DNA of 64,000 nucleotides from Patescibacteria group bacterium (lineage in GTDB: Bacteria; Patescibacteriota; Microgenomatia; UBA12405): the NCBI GenBank assembly GCA_013387215.1, contig WARW01000001.1:12735-76734 (forward strand), in the 5' to 3' direction. Shown here piece by piece: positions 1-9,894 of the stretch (position 1 is the stretch's first letter; every line of letters begins with the position of its first letter). A model generated the notes under the pieces. It made no database searches and was not told where the DNA came from. It worked only from the letters and a program-made list of their open reading frames with translations. Both the position numbers and the translations under genes were made by a program.

Positions 1-77
1 AAAAGGTCAAAGTTCTGTTTTACATCATTGCTATTCCCTCGTTTTTGTTTGGGTTACTTTGTCTTTTAGTAAGATAA

Positions 78-593
78 ATGAAAAACAAAAAACATCAAAA
101 CAAAGCCGTTTGGACCTGTGACTTTTGTGAGCAAGAGTTTGGAACTAAAAATGAGGCCGATAAACATGAGTTAGGTTGCAAGAACAACTCTGCAAATCGA
201 GGGTCAAAATGGAATTTAGTCATGATTATTGGGAGTGTTATTTTAATTCTGATTATGGTGGGATTCTTTTTTTCCAGTGCCAATGAAAGTGGTAATGATA
301 AAATTTCTCCCACCCCCACTATTGACCCAGATCCAATTGTTAAATGTTCTTGGAAAAATGATCAAAATCCCAACCAGCCCAATTGTGCCGATAAAATGAT
401 GAAAAGTTCAGAATGTTTCGATTCCGTCTGTTGTAATTTGTTAAACGGTTCCTGGACTCCGCTTTCTAAAATTGAATGTGCTAAATTTCAAGCGCAAGTA
501 AGAGGAAGTAAACCTGCAATTTCTGTACCTTTACCTCAAACTACTCACTGTTATCCAGATTTACTGGGAGGAGTTACCTGTACTACTCAGTAA
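78..593 (+). CDS. Membrane protein with N-terminal zinc-finger-like motif and Cys-rich C-terminal domain
   Basis: CDFC-x12-H-x3-C, one hydrophobic TM segment, 8 Cys after the TM. Confidence 0.7.
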   Translation: MKNKKHQNKAVWTCDFCEQEFGTKNEADKHELGCKNNSANRGSKWNLVMIIGSVILILIMVGFFFSSANESGNDKISPTPTIDPDPIVKCSWKNDQNPNQPNCADKMMKSSECFDSVCCNLLNGSWTPLSKIECAKFQAQVRGSKPAISVPLPQTTHCYPDLLGGVTCTTQ

Positions 594-596
594 TAT

Positions 597-1163
597 ATGA
601 AGTTTAAAATAATCTGCTTAATCTTAATCGTTGCCATTATTTTCGTTTTGAGACATGGTATCCCTTATTACCCGCCAGAAGATCAAACGGTTAATATCAA
701 GCCAGAAACCTTACCTTCCGACAGGGTTGAAAAGGATCTAAATGGTGATGAGGTCAAGGAAATCCTTATAGCTGATAACAGCCTAAAACTGGACCATTTA
801 TTTGATAAATCCTTTAATCCTGTTCACAGTAAGATCTTAACTTTAAAAGATGGAAAATATGTTGACGCCAGTGGTGATTTTAAGTCTTACTATCAAGACG
901 AAATTAAATTTTTTGAAGGTTATTTGGACACGCTAAAAAACAAACTCGATAATCCTCGACCTCAAGAAATCTTGGCTATTTCGGTTATGAGTTATCTAGA
1001 TTATGCTGAAATCGGCCAAAAGGATATTGGCTTTGATAAGTTTTGGCGTCAAACCGATATTAAAAATTGGCCGTCAAGAATCGTGGTTGATGAGGCTGAT
1101 AGGCAAATGGTTGATAAAGTTCGACAGAGAGTCAAAGAAATTTGTCTAACCCCTATTCATTAA
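597..1163 (+). CDS. Hypothetical secreted or membrane-anchored protein
   Basis: N-terminal hydrophobic segment; DLNGD motif; 3 nt after upstream stop. Confidence 0.65.
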   Translation: MKFKIICLILIVAIIFVLRHGIPYYPPEDQTVNIKPETLPSDRVEKDLNGDEVKEILIADNSLKLDHLFDKSFNPVHSKILTLKDGKYVDASGDFKSYYQDEIKFFEGYLDTLKNKLDNPRPQEILAISVMSYLDYAEIGQKDIGFDKFWRQTDIKNWPSRIVVDEADRQMVDKVRQRVKEICLTPIH

Positions 1164-1802
1164 AAAGAATGAACACCAATCACCATTAAACGATTCTAAA
1201 AGATTAAAACTTGTTCATCTTTCAAAGAAAATATGTTAAATAATTTCCTAATTTTACTGATAAATCAACTAAATGCTATTAAGTTAATCAGGACTTAAAA
1301 GGTTCATCAATGGCGTCAAATTGGAGGATAGTTTTATTATCTAAAATTAATAAATTTGATTAAAATTATTTGGAATTTAGTTAAAATTAATGTATTATTG
1401 AATAATATTATTGTACTTTTTATTATTAGTGTTCATGATAATAAAATAATTTAGTAGACGGCACTCCTAACTTGGGAATCATGCCTGTTTCTTCCAATAA
1501 AACAGAGACACAAATCATAATCGCTGTAGCTCTTTTGGGTTCCCATAAAGCGGGTGTCTGTTGTCGTGAAGTGATAAAAGTTAATGACGCCATGAAGTTT
1601 TGTTCTCAACGACACTAGTGTTTAGGTATAAATTGCCTCTTGACAAGAAATGCACAACCTTAGGGAATAATTATAAACTGAGTACTTGACTTTTATACCC
1701 CGTCTAATTTATCACTGAGGTAGACAGGTAAAGTTTCGAAATAGCACTAGAATCAAATCCTATCCAGTCATTGCCGGACTTTAGTGCGGCTAAAAACTAA
1801 AA

Positions 1803-2258
1803 ATGAAATCTACATTCGTAAAATTTATTCGCAATTCAGAAAGCTACTTTAAGCTAATTAAAAAGAGGCCAAGCGCTTTTGTCCTACTAAGTTTAATTGC
1901 TATCCGAGCTAGACGAACTAGTGAAAAGAATTTACCAATCGATTTAGAAATTGGAGGAGCCTTAATTGGGGACCATGATACTTATAAAGTCACCGAGGCG
2001 GTTTATCGGACTGATAAAAAATATCTTGAAAAAAATGGTTTTATTGTAACGACCAAAACGAATAGAAGGGGAACAATAGTTAAGCTCATAAACAAGGATA
2101 TATTTGATATCTGTCCTGAAACGATTCCATCAGACAACACGAGTAACAAAAGAAATATATCACTTGAGAAAACAAATAACACTATAGAACATTTCACCGG
2201 CGATCAAATTAAAACTTATTTACCTCATGAGGAAGATAACAAGGAGGGTAAAAGGTGA
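1803..2258 (+). CDS. Putative replication-initiator-like winged-HTH protein
   Basis: Basic helical N-terminus with pattern KKYLEKNGFIV..TNRRGTIV as in phage replication proteins; GTGA overlap with primase. Confidence 0.45.
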   Translation: MKSTFVKFIRNSESYFKLIKKRPSAFVLLSLIAIRARRTSEKNLPIDLEIGGALIGDHDTYKVTEAVYRTDKKYLEKNGFIVTTKTNRRGTIVKLINKDIFDICPETIPSDNTSNKRNISLEKTNNTIEHFTGDQIKTYLPHEEDNKEGKR

Positions 2259-3169
2259 CTTCAGATCAAATTAAAGAATTAAAAAACAGAAATAAGATTT
2301 TCGTAGTAGCTAATAGGTTAGGTTTATTTAAAAGAAGTATTAGTGAAAATTATCAATCAACTTATTGTGTTAGCTGTCCAAATGTAAGTGTTCACAAAAA
2401 TAATGATCGTTCGCCCTCTCTAGCTTTATTACCCAGAATAAATAAATTCAAATGTTACACCTGTGGTATTGAGGGTGATGTCATTGAGTTGGTGCGAAAG
2501 GTCAGGAATTGCAGCTTTCAGGAAGCCATTCTTTGGCTTGATCCAAACGCAATTCTATCATCAGTCAAAAACCCTAAGGCTAAAGCCTATTTGAATAAAA
2601 AAGGTTTGTCTGTTGAAACCATAAAAAAGTTTTCAGTCTTTACTGGGGAATATTGGCATGATGGTCAAAAGTATGAGTGTGTTTATTTTCCCATCAAAAC
2701 AGGATTAAAGTATCGATTAATTGATTGTCCAGATTGTAAATACAAAAATGGTGTTAACGCCTTTCATTGTTTATTTAAAACAATTGAAGACTCGCCATAT
2801 GACTTAGTAGTTTTATGCGAAGGCGAGCTTGATAGTATGGTAGGTTGGCAAAACACCGGTTATCCATTTTGGAGTTCAACTGGTGGAACTAATACCTTTG
2901 ATCCTAGTTGGGTTAACGAACTTAAGAGATTCCATCAAATAATTATTGGTTATGACAATGACGATGCTGGAAAAGAAGGGGCTCAAAATACAATTAAAAC
3001 CCTTATAGATGGAGGGATTAATCGAGAAAACATTATTCAGATAGAAGTTCCCGAACTATTGGGCAAAGATTGGTCTGATTTTTTTACGGCAGGAATGAAG
3101 AAAGCGGATTTTGATGAATTAATTGAGATTGAACTAAATAAGAGAGGTAATCATGAATTTGTCAGATAA
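2255..3169 (+). CDS. DNA primase (CHC2-type zinc finger plus Toprim domain)
   Basis: C..H..FKCYTCGIEGDVI zinc finger; Toprim motifs CEGELD, YDNDDAG, KDWSD. Confidence 0.88.
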   Translation: MTSDQIKELKNRNKIFVVANRLGLFKRSISENYQSTYCVSCPNVSVHKNNDRSPSLALLPRINKFKCYTCGIEGDVIELVRKVRNCSFQEAILWLDPNAILSSVKNPKAKAYLNKKGLSVETIKKFSVFTGEYWHDGQKYECVYFPIKTGLKYRLIDCPDCKYKNGVNAFHCLFKTIEDSPYDLVVLCEGELDSMVGWQNTGYPFWSSTGGTNTFDPSWVNELKRFHQIIIGYDNDDAGKEGAQNTIKTLIDGGINRENIIQIEVPELLGKDWSDFFTAGMKKADFDELIEIELNKRGNHEFVR

Positions 3170-3311
3170 GACCGTAACCGATTTTCAAGAATTGTACTTT
3201 CGTAAAACAGGCCAAAAAATTTCTGATGAGGAAGCCAATGAAAAAGCATTAAATTTACTAACCTTTATGAAGTTAATTTATAAACCAATAAAATTCGACA
3301 AACAAAATTAG
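3153..3311 (+). CDS. Small 52-aa protein (not in ORF track)
   Basis: ATG after AGAGGT; MNLSDKTVTDFQELYFRKTGQKISDEEANEKALNLLTFMKLIYKPIKFDKQN; amphipathic helical. Confidence 0.7.
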   Translation: MNLSDKTVTDFQELYFRKTGQKISDEEANEKALNLLTFMKLIYKPIKFDKQN

Positions 3312-3337
3312 AAAAATAAATTATGTTAGTATTTAAT

Positions 3338-3421
3338 TGCAACCAGAAAAATTCGTTGAAGTTTTTTAATGCCCTCATTGGACAGGACTTCAACGGTTCT
3401 GGTTGCACCAGTGGGGGCATT
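3338..3421 (+). promoter_or_regulatory. Candidate cis-regulatory RNA switch in recombinase leader
   Basis: Stem A 3338-3362/3387-3407 and stem B 3368-3381/3408-3421 (14 bp, two G-U) interlock; stem B covers GGGGG upstream of ATG 3427. Confidence 0.5.
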
Positions 3422-3426
3422 TAAGT

Positions 3427-5319
3427 ATGGATAATACAAGCAAAATTGAAACAGGATCAAGATATTTTATTTATTGCCGCAAGTCATCAGACTCCGAAGA
3501 TAAACAAATAGCTTCATTGCCCGACCAAATAAAAGTGATGACTGAGTTGGCACACAAACTAAAATTAAAAATAGTTGATTCTCTCCAAGAGAAAAAATCT
3601 GCCTTTAAAATAGGAAGACCAGTATTTAATCAAATGATTGAAAGAATAAGTAGAGGTGAGGCCGACGCTGTTTTATGTTGGGATCCATCAAGAATTGCTC
3701 GCAATAGTAAAGATAGTGGCAACTTTATTTATCTTATGGATGAAGGAAAACTAAAAGAACTTAGAACTCCAAACAAGACTTTTTACAACACCGCTGATGA
3801 TAAGATGATGCTTAACGTTGAATTTACTATGACTAAAAAATATTCGGATGATTTAAGTGTTAATGTGCACCGCGGTAATCGCCATAAATTTTTTGATCTT
3901 AAGGAATGGGGTGGAGTCGCAAAACCAGGATACCTTAATTACACTGATCCATTGACCAAAGAAAATCATATAAAAACAGACCCTGATAGATTCGAGATGA
4001 TTCAAAAAGCAATCCTTCGGATTTTAGATGGAACTCATACCCCCATGGAATCACTGCGTGAACTTAATAACAAAGGGTATACAACCAGAAAAACAAAGAG
4101 TCTGGGTGGTAGACATTTAAGTAGGGCATCATTTTACAGAATATTAGCTGATAGTTTTTATTGTGGAGTTATGAAAAGAAAAGTAGGTGATAATCGTGAG
4201 GTAGGGAAAGGTTCCCATGAACCAATGATTTCAGAAGCTCAATTTGATTTATTGCAGATAAGACTCGGTAAAAAAGGTAAGCCTAGATATGGTAAAAATA
4301 ATTTTCCATATAAAAATTTATTGAAATGTGGTGAATGTGGTGGATCCGTTACCTGCGAAGAAAAATATCAGATTATCTGTCCTACTTGTAAAACTAAATT
4401 CCATAAAGGCAAAAAAACGGATGAATGTCCGAATTGTCATATGAAGATAGAGGAAATGAAGGATCCAAAACTACTACATTATATTTTTTATCACTGTACA
4501 AAGAGGGTTCATAAAGATTGTAGTCAAGGGAGTATAACTTTGGAAAATATGGAAAAAGAAATCGACTACAAACTGCAAAAGTTTGAGATTGATCAAGATT
4601 ATCGCGATTTTGCCATCGACCATCTGAAGGAATTGAACACCGCCGAGGAACAAGAACAGGAGACTTTAAGGGACAGGCTGAATAAGAGACTGGAAGAAAC
4701 CAACTGGAGCATCAATAACTTGATTAGATTGAGAACCAGAAGAGAAAATGTAAATGACTATGAAAACGAGGACAAACAAAAAGCCTACGATGAAGAAGAA
4801 GATAGATTATTGGCTGAAAAGAAATTACTTAAAAAACAAATAGATGAGGTGGACGGTCAACAGATCGAAAGACTTGAAATGGCGAAAGAAACTTTCGATT
4901 TTGCTTACTATGCCCGCCACTACTTTGCTACTGGAGACGTCCTTACTAAAACCAAAATTCTGGCGAGACTTGGTTCGAACCTAACTATTAAAGATAAAGA
5001 ATTCCATATAGAAGGGGAAAATGCGTTTTTCTTAATCGAGAAAGGTAAGAAGGAGATTGCCGATATCATAAATTCGTTAGAACCTGAAGAAATACCGAAT
5101 AATTCCAAGGGATTATTAGCACTCGAACCAGTTTGTCAATCTTGGCGGAGGAGGTGGGATTCGAACCCACGAGTCCTTTCGAACACACGCTTTCCAGGCG
5201 TGCGCCATAAACCACTAGGCGACTCCTCCTTAGGTGAGAGTATTATATCTTATTACTCTATTTCTTCCAAAGACTCAAAAGAATTTACTGTTTTATTAGG
5301 GCTTCAAGCTGGTTTTTAG
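3427..5319 (+). CDS. Large serine recombinase (integrase) with zinc ribbon
   Basis: YCRKSS catalytic Ser, SRIARN, recombinase domain, CGECG zinc ribbon, coiled coil; ATG 3427 preferred to TTG 3403. Confidence 0.93.
   Translation: MDNTSKIETGSRYFIYCRKSSDSEDKQIASLPDQIKVMTELAHKLKLKIVDSLQEKKSAFKIGRPVFNQMIERISRGEADAVLCWDPSRIARNSKDSGNFIYLMDEGKLKELRTPNKTFYNTADDKMMLNVEFTMTKKYSDDLSVNVHRGNRHKFFDLKEWGGVAKPGYLNYTDPLTKENHIKTDPDRFEMIQKAILRILDGTHTPMESLRELNNKGYTTRKTKSLGGRHLSRASFYRILADSFYCGVMKRKVGDNREVGKGSHEPMISEAQFDLLQIRLGKKGKPRYGKNNFPYKNLLKCGECGGSVTCEEKYQIICPTCKTKFHKGKKTDECPNCHMKIEEMKDPKLLHYIFYHCTKRVHKDCSQGSITLENMEKEIDYKLQKFEIDQDYRDFAIDHLKELNTAEEQEQETLRDRLNKRLEETNWSINNLIRLRTRRENVNDYENEDKQKAYDEEEDRLLAEKKLLKKQIDEVDGQQIERLEMAKETFDFAYYARHYFATGDVLTKTKILARLGSNLTIKDKEFHIEGENAFFLIEKGKKEIADIINSLEPEEIPNNSKGLLALEPVCQSWRRRWDSNPRVLSNTRFPGVRHKPLGDSSLGESIISYYSISSKDSKEFTVLLGLQAGF
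5143..5229 (-). tRNA. tRNA-Ser(GGA), CCA encoded
   Basis: GGAGGAG acceptor, anticodon arm CACGC-CTGGAAA-GCGTG, long variable arm, GTTCGAATCC. Confidence 0.95.
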
Positions 5320-5803
5320 CTTTTTTCAGCAATATTTTTTCAGAATCGTAAGCCAATTTTTGGTTGGCTTCATCAAACGTAAACCAATCTCTTTCCAACA
5401 CCAGTTCCTTGTCGTAATATTTCAAATTGCTTGGCTCCAAATATTCCATCAAAAAGAAAGTTACTTTTTTGACAATTTTTTTTCTCAATTCTTTATCCCA
5501 GATAATATAATTGTTTGATCCCAATTTAATTACCACTTTAGCTTTTACTCGGCCTTCTTCTTCCACTTCTCTCAAAGCGGCTTGTTTTAAAAATTCATTT
5601 TTTTGCAAATGGCCTTTGGGAAATTTGTACACCGACTTTAATTCTTTACCTGTCATTCGGCCAATATTCTCCGTCCGGTTGTTGGTTGAAGTTTTAATTA
5701 AAAGCCAATATACTTTTCCGTTCTCAATTTTATAGACCAGTCCACCCGCGGATCGTTCATCGAAGTTCACTTCGTCATTGGTTTTAATTATTTCGGGTTT
5801 CAT
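5285..5803 (-). CDS. NUDIX hydrolase
   Basis: Nudix box FPKGH...EFLKQAALREVEEEG. Confidence 0.9.
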   Translation of the reverse strand: MKPEIIKTNDEVNFDERSAGGLVYKIENGKVYWLLIKTSTNNRTENIGRMTGKELKSVYKFPKGHLQKNEFLKQAALREVEEEGRVKAKVVIKLGSNNYIIWDKELRKKIVKKVTFFLMEYLEPSNLKYYDKELVLERDWFTFDEANQKLAYDSEKILLKKAKNQLEALIKQ

Positions 5804-5844
5804 TTTTATAAATAGTTTCTGATTTTACCAGGTTTATTGCAATG

Positions 5845-5918
5845 TGTGTTCGAGAGGATTTGAACCTCCAATCACTCCCTTCGGAGGGGAGTACTCTATC
5901 CAGTTGAGCTACGAACAC
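5845..5918 (-). tRNA. tRNA-Arg(CCG)
   Basis: GTGTTCG acceptor, CTCCC-CTCCGAA-GGGAG anticodon arm, GGTTCAAATCC. Confidence 0.93.
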
Positions 5919-5935
5919 AAATACTGTATTTTACC

Positions 5936-8530
5936 TTAATCCATCAGATTAACTTCCAGCTTGTTGCCTTTTTCATCTACCACCACTCCAGTCACATCAT
6001 CAGCATTTTCTTCTTTATCTAATAATATTAAGGCTAATTTATCTAGTATTTCTGTTTGGATTAACCTCTTAAGCGGTCTGACTCCAAAAATAGGATCATA
6101 AGCTTTCTTGGCTAAATATTTTTTAGCTTTTTCGCTCACTGTCATCACTACATTTTGATCTTTAAGTTGATTAATAATTCTTCCGAGCTGTATATCAACA
6201 ATCTTAGTTAATTCGTCTGGTGTCAATTTTTTAAATATTATGACTTGATCCAAACGGTTTAAAAATTCTGGTTTGAAACCGCGTCTTAAAATTTCCCAAA
6301 CTTCCAGCTCCAAAAGATCTTCTTTTTTCTTCGACACATTATCTTGAATTATTCCCGACGCAATATTGGAAGTCATAATAATAACCGTGTTGGTGAAATC
6401 AACAGTTCTACCCTTACCATCGGTTAATCTTCCTTCATCCAGTACTTGTAAAAACAAACTGAATATTTGTGGATTTGCTTTCTCGATTTCATCTAAAAGT
6501 ACCACTGTGTATGGTCTTCTCCTGACCGCCTCTGTTAATTGTCCGCCTTCTTCAAAACCGACATAACCTGGAGGCGCCCCAATTAATCTGGCGACCGTAT
6601 GAGGTTCGCTGTATTCACTCATATCGATTCTTACCAATGCTTTTTCATCATTGAATAATTGTTCTGCCAACGCTTTTGCTGTTTCGGTTTTACCAACTCC
6701 TGTGGGTCCTAAAAATAAGAATGTGGCAATTGGTCTGGTCTGTTCACCCAAATGTAATCGTGATCTTCTGACTGCATTTGCCACTGCCGAGATTGCCTCA
6801 TCTTGTCCTACCACTCTTAATTTTAAAATTGCTTCTAGTTTCTTTAATTTTTCTGATTCTGATTTCAACATTCTGTTGGCTGGAATTCCGGTCCATTTAG
6901 CGACTATTTTTGCAATATCGTCTACATCAACTTCTTGTTTAATTAACTTTTCTTCTATCGGAATTTCATTCCATTTCTTTTCTGCCTTTTCCAATTTTTT
7001 TTGATTTTCAGGAATTAATCCATATTTAATTTCTGCTGCCTTATCTAGTTCCAAATTTCTTTCGGCAACCCCTAAATCATATTTTAATTTATCTAAATTT
7101 TCTTTTAAGCTTTGAACCTCATTTAAAGTGGCTTTTTGTTGTTTCCATTTTAAGTTCATTCCTTGCATTTTTTCCCTATATTCGGCTAATTCTTTTCTGA
7201 CTTCATCCAATCTTTTCTCTGTGTTTGGATTATTTTCTTTGGATAATGCTTTTTCTTCTATTTCTAGCTGTCGGACTTTTCGGTTCAAGTTATCAATAAT
7301 TGCTGGTGCCGATTCCATTTCAATTCTTAAACCAGATGCTGCCTCATCAATTAAATCTATTGCCTTGTCTGGCAAAAATCTGTCCCTAATATATCGATCG
7401 GACAGTTTGGCTGCTGCCACCAAAGCCGCATCAGTTATTTTTATTCCATGATGAATTTCATATTTTTCTTTTAAACCTCTTAAAATTGAAATTGTGCTTT
7501 CTACATTTGGTTCATTCACCATCACCGGTTGAAATCTTCTTTCCAATGCTGCATCTCTTTCAATATATTTTCGATATTCATTTAAAGTAGTGGCTCCAAT
7601 TACTCTCAAAACTCCTCGGGCCAGTCCAGGTTTCAGCATATTTGAGGCATCGACTGCGCCCTCTGCTCCGCCAGCCCCAACGATTGTATGTAATTCATCA
7701 ATAAATAAAATTACCTGACCTTCGCTTTTAATTACTTCATCAATCACACTTTTCAATCTTTCTTCAAACTCTCCTCTAAATTTAGCACCAGCCAAAATTG
7801 TGGAAATTTCCAAAGTTAAAAGTTTTTTATTTTTTAAAGATTCAGGCACATCGCCGCTGACAATTCTTGAGGCCAGTCCTTCCACGATGGCAGTTTTACC
7901 AACTCCAGGATCTCCCACTAAAACCGGATTATTTTTGGTCCGGCGCGACAACACTTGCATCACCCTTCTGATTTCTTCTTCGCGGCCAATTACTGGATCT
8001 AATTTTCCTGATTTAGCCAAGCTTGTTAGATCGATTGTGTATTTTTGCAACGCTTTATACGTTGTTTCTTTTGTTTCTGTATCCACGGTTTTTCCTTGTC
8101 TTAAATCAATAATTGCTTCATTTATTTTATTATCATTTACTTCATTGTCTTCTAAAATTCGTCTGACTTCATAAGCACCCCGGTTGCTCACTGCTTTTAA
8201 AAGCATTTCTTGTGGCACAAAACTATCCCCAAATTTTCGGCTTTCATTAATAGCGGTTTGAAGGGTTTCTTGGAGTTTCCTGGAAATTTGAGGTTCTGGT
8301 GTTGGACCCTCAAAAACCGGCATTCTGTTTAAGGCATAGGCAATATCTTCTTTTAATTTATTAAAGCTCAAAGCTTCCTGTTTTAAAATTTCCCGGCTGA
8401 TTCCTTCGCCTTCCGATAATGCCCAAAGTAGGTGCAATTCATCTACTTCTGGGTTTCTTCTGGCAGCAGCTTCTGTAACTGCTTTTTGAAGAGTCTCAAG
8501 TGACAGTTGAGTGAATTGAGTCTGATCCAT
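5936..8530 (-). CDS. clpB: ATP-dependent chaperone ClpB
   Basis: Two AAA+ modules ([16 protein letters not shown]), coiled-coil middle domain, [10 protein letters not shown]. Confidence 0.96.
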   Translation of the reverse strand: MDQTQFTQLSLETLQKAVTEAAARRNPEVDELHLLWALSEGEGISREILKQEALSFNKLKEDIAYALNRMPVFEGPTPEPQISRKLQETLQTAINESRKFGDSFVPQEMLLKAVSNRGAYEVRRILEDNEVNDNKINEAIIDLRQGKTVDTETKETTYKALQKYTIDLTSLAKSGKLDPVIGREEEIRRVMQVLSRRTKNNPVLVGDPGVGKTAIVEGLASRIVSGDVPESLKNKKLLTLEISTILAGAKFRGEFEERLKSVIDEVIKSEGQVILFIDELHTIVGAGGAEGAVDASNMLKPGLARGVLRVIGATTLNEYRKYIERDAALERRFQPVMVNEPNVESTISILRGLKEKYEIHHGIKITDAALVAAAKLSDRYIRDRFLPDKAIDLIDEAASGLRIEMESAPAIIDNLNRKVRQLEIEEKALSKENNPNTEKRLDEVRKELAEYREKMQGMNLKWKQQKATLNEVQSLKENLDKLKYDLGVAERNLELDKAAEIKYGLIPENQKKLEKAEKKWNEIPIEEKLIKQEVDVDDIAKIVAKWTGIPANRMLKSESEKLKKLEAILKLRVVGQDEAISAVANAVRRSRLHLGEQTRPIATFLFLGPTGVGKTETAKALAEQLFNDEKALVRIDMSEYSEPHTVARLIGAPPGYVGFEEGGQLTEAVRRRPYTVVLLDEIEKANPQIFSLFLQVLDEGRLTDGKGRTVDFTNTVIIMTSNIASGIIQDNVSKKKEDLLELEVWEILRRGFKPEFLNRLDQVIIFKKLTPDELTKIVDIQLGRIINQLKDQNVVMTVSEKAKKYLAKKAYDPIFGVRPLKRLIQTEILDKLALILLDKEENADDVTGVVVDEKGNKLEVNLMD

Positions 8531-8548
8531 ATTCAAATTTTAATCCAT

Positions 8549-8575
8549 TTAGCACTAAAATGCAACGAGTGCTAA
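8549..8575 (-). promoter_or_regulatory. CIRCE operator (HrcA site) upstream of clpB
   Basis: Minus strand TTAGCACTC-N9-TAGTGCTAA, one mismatch to consensus. Confidence 0.9.
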
Positions 8576-8601
8576 ATGCTAAAAAATAATCAAAATTAAA
8601 C

Positions 8602-9504
8602 CTATTTTTTCCGGGCTATTATCAATTGAAGGGGAATCAAAAGGAAATTATTGGCGATAGTGTACAAAATGGCTGGCAGGGCTGTTAACGGATTAAAAAG
8701 TGATAATGCCACTAAAGTTGCCAATGTGTAATTTTTATAGCTCGAAGAAATTGCAAAAGTAATTTTTTCTGAATATTTTTTCCCCAATAAAAAACCCAAT
8801 GAAAAATCAAAAACTATCAAAAAAACAACAAACATTGCTAACCCGATTGATCTTGATAAATCAGCCAATACCACATTTCTGATTGGCGACACGATTCCCA
8901 TAATTATTAAAAATAATATACCCACCGAAAGACTTGGACTGTATTTGCTCAATGGTTTGCCGATTCCAATCCATCTGGCGATAATAGCCGCAATAATTGG
9001 CACCACTACCAGCCATAAAATAGTCGATCCCATTTCAATTGGATTCATTTCGATTGTTGTTCTGGCAAACACCCAGGCCACCAATGGCACAATCACTGGA
9101 CTGATAATATTTGAAATTGAAGTCACGACTAAGGCTTTGGTTGGTTCGCCGCCATAAATATTACATAAAAAAACGGCGCTTCTTCCAGCAGGAATTGTGG
9201 ATGCTAATATTAATCCTAAAAATATTTCTGGAGAAAAATAATCTTTTAAAAACAAGACGATTAATGGAGATGCAAAGTGGACAATTAAAAGGACAATTAT
9301 TTGTTTATTAAATCCAGTCAAGCTTTCGAGTACTTCTTTTGCATTAATATCCAAGCAGCTCAAAAACATCATTGCCATCAAAAGATAGCTTAAAATTGGT
9401 TTCAAATTTAATCCTAAAAACGGAAAACAAAAACTGACTGCAATCGCAATAAAAATTATTAGCCAAGTGTATTGCTTAACCATATAAACCGCTCCTTTTA
9501 GCAT
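8602..9504 (-). CDS. Bile acid:sodium symporter family transporter
   Basis: About 9 TM helices; P-AG-S, GG and KN motifs of SBF family. Confidence 0.8.
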   Translation of the reverse strand: MLKGAVYMVKQYTWLIIFIAIAVSFCFPFLGLNLKPILSYLLMAMMFLSCLDINAKEVLESLTGFNKQIIVLLIVHFASPLIVLFLKDYFSPEIFLGLILASTIPAGRSAVFLCNIYGGEPTKALVVTSISNIISPVIVPLVAWVFARTTIEMNPIEMGSTILWLVVVPIIAAIIARWIGIGKPLSKYSPSLSVGILFLIIMGIVSPIRNVVLADLSRSIGLAMFVVFLIVFDFSLGFLLGKKYSEKITFAISSSYKNYTLATLVALSLFNPLTALPAILYTIANNFLLIPLQLIIARKK

Positions 9505-9585
9505 GATTATATTTTTTCATAAAAATCAATCCAATAACACCCCAAAATATGTGTTACTATTATTACAGAGAGGTTAGAAATCAAA

Positions 9586-9894
9586 ATGACTTTTAACGAA
9601 ATTAAAGAAAAAATTAAATCTTTATTTCCTGGAGTTTATTCTGAAGTCGGTATCAGTGCTATTTTGCAGGAATTAATTTCTATGGATAAGGAAATCAGAA
9701 ATGAGTTTGAAAATTATCTTTCTGGCAAGCCGGTAAAAGATTTAAAATTTGCCGGCTACACTCTTAAAAAATTAGAACTTGAACATGGCATGAATCCCAT
9801 TGCTGGATTTTTAACCTTAGATTGGATCAAAAGAAGTCCAAAAGATGCCACCGAATCCCTCAAAAGAGGTCACGACACATTTAAATTTCGCTAA
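9586..9894 (+). CDS. Hypothetical protein
   Basis: ATG after GAGAGG; 102-aa helical protein. Confidence 0.65.
   Translation: MTFNEIKEKIKSLFPGVYSEVGISAILQELISMDKEIRNEFENYLSGKPVKDLKFAGYTLKKLELEHGMNPIAGFLTLDWIKRSPKDATESLKRGHDTFKFR

Larger units (their letters stand above)
1..5229. mobile_element. Right part of an integrative element (satellite/plasmid-like island) at tRNA-Ser(GGA); left end outside window
   Basis: Rep-like ORF, primase and large serine recombinase all point toward the 3' end of a tRNA gene; no second att copy seen in window. Confidence 0.75.

Noticed and set aside
3223-3240. CTGATGAG as a further hammerhead core (also near 23684 and 57074)
   Set aside because: No flanking stems I-III or correctly placed GAAA; these lie within coding sequence
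6366-8174. Antisense ORFs inside clpB (and similar ones in groEL, malic enzyme, RloC-like gene, eno and the PBP gene)
   Set aside because: Shadow frames of well-supported genes, with no motifs or start signals
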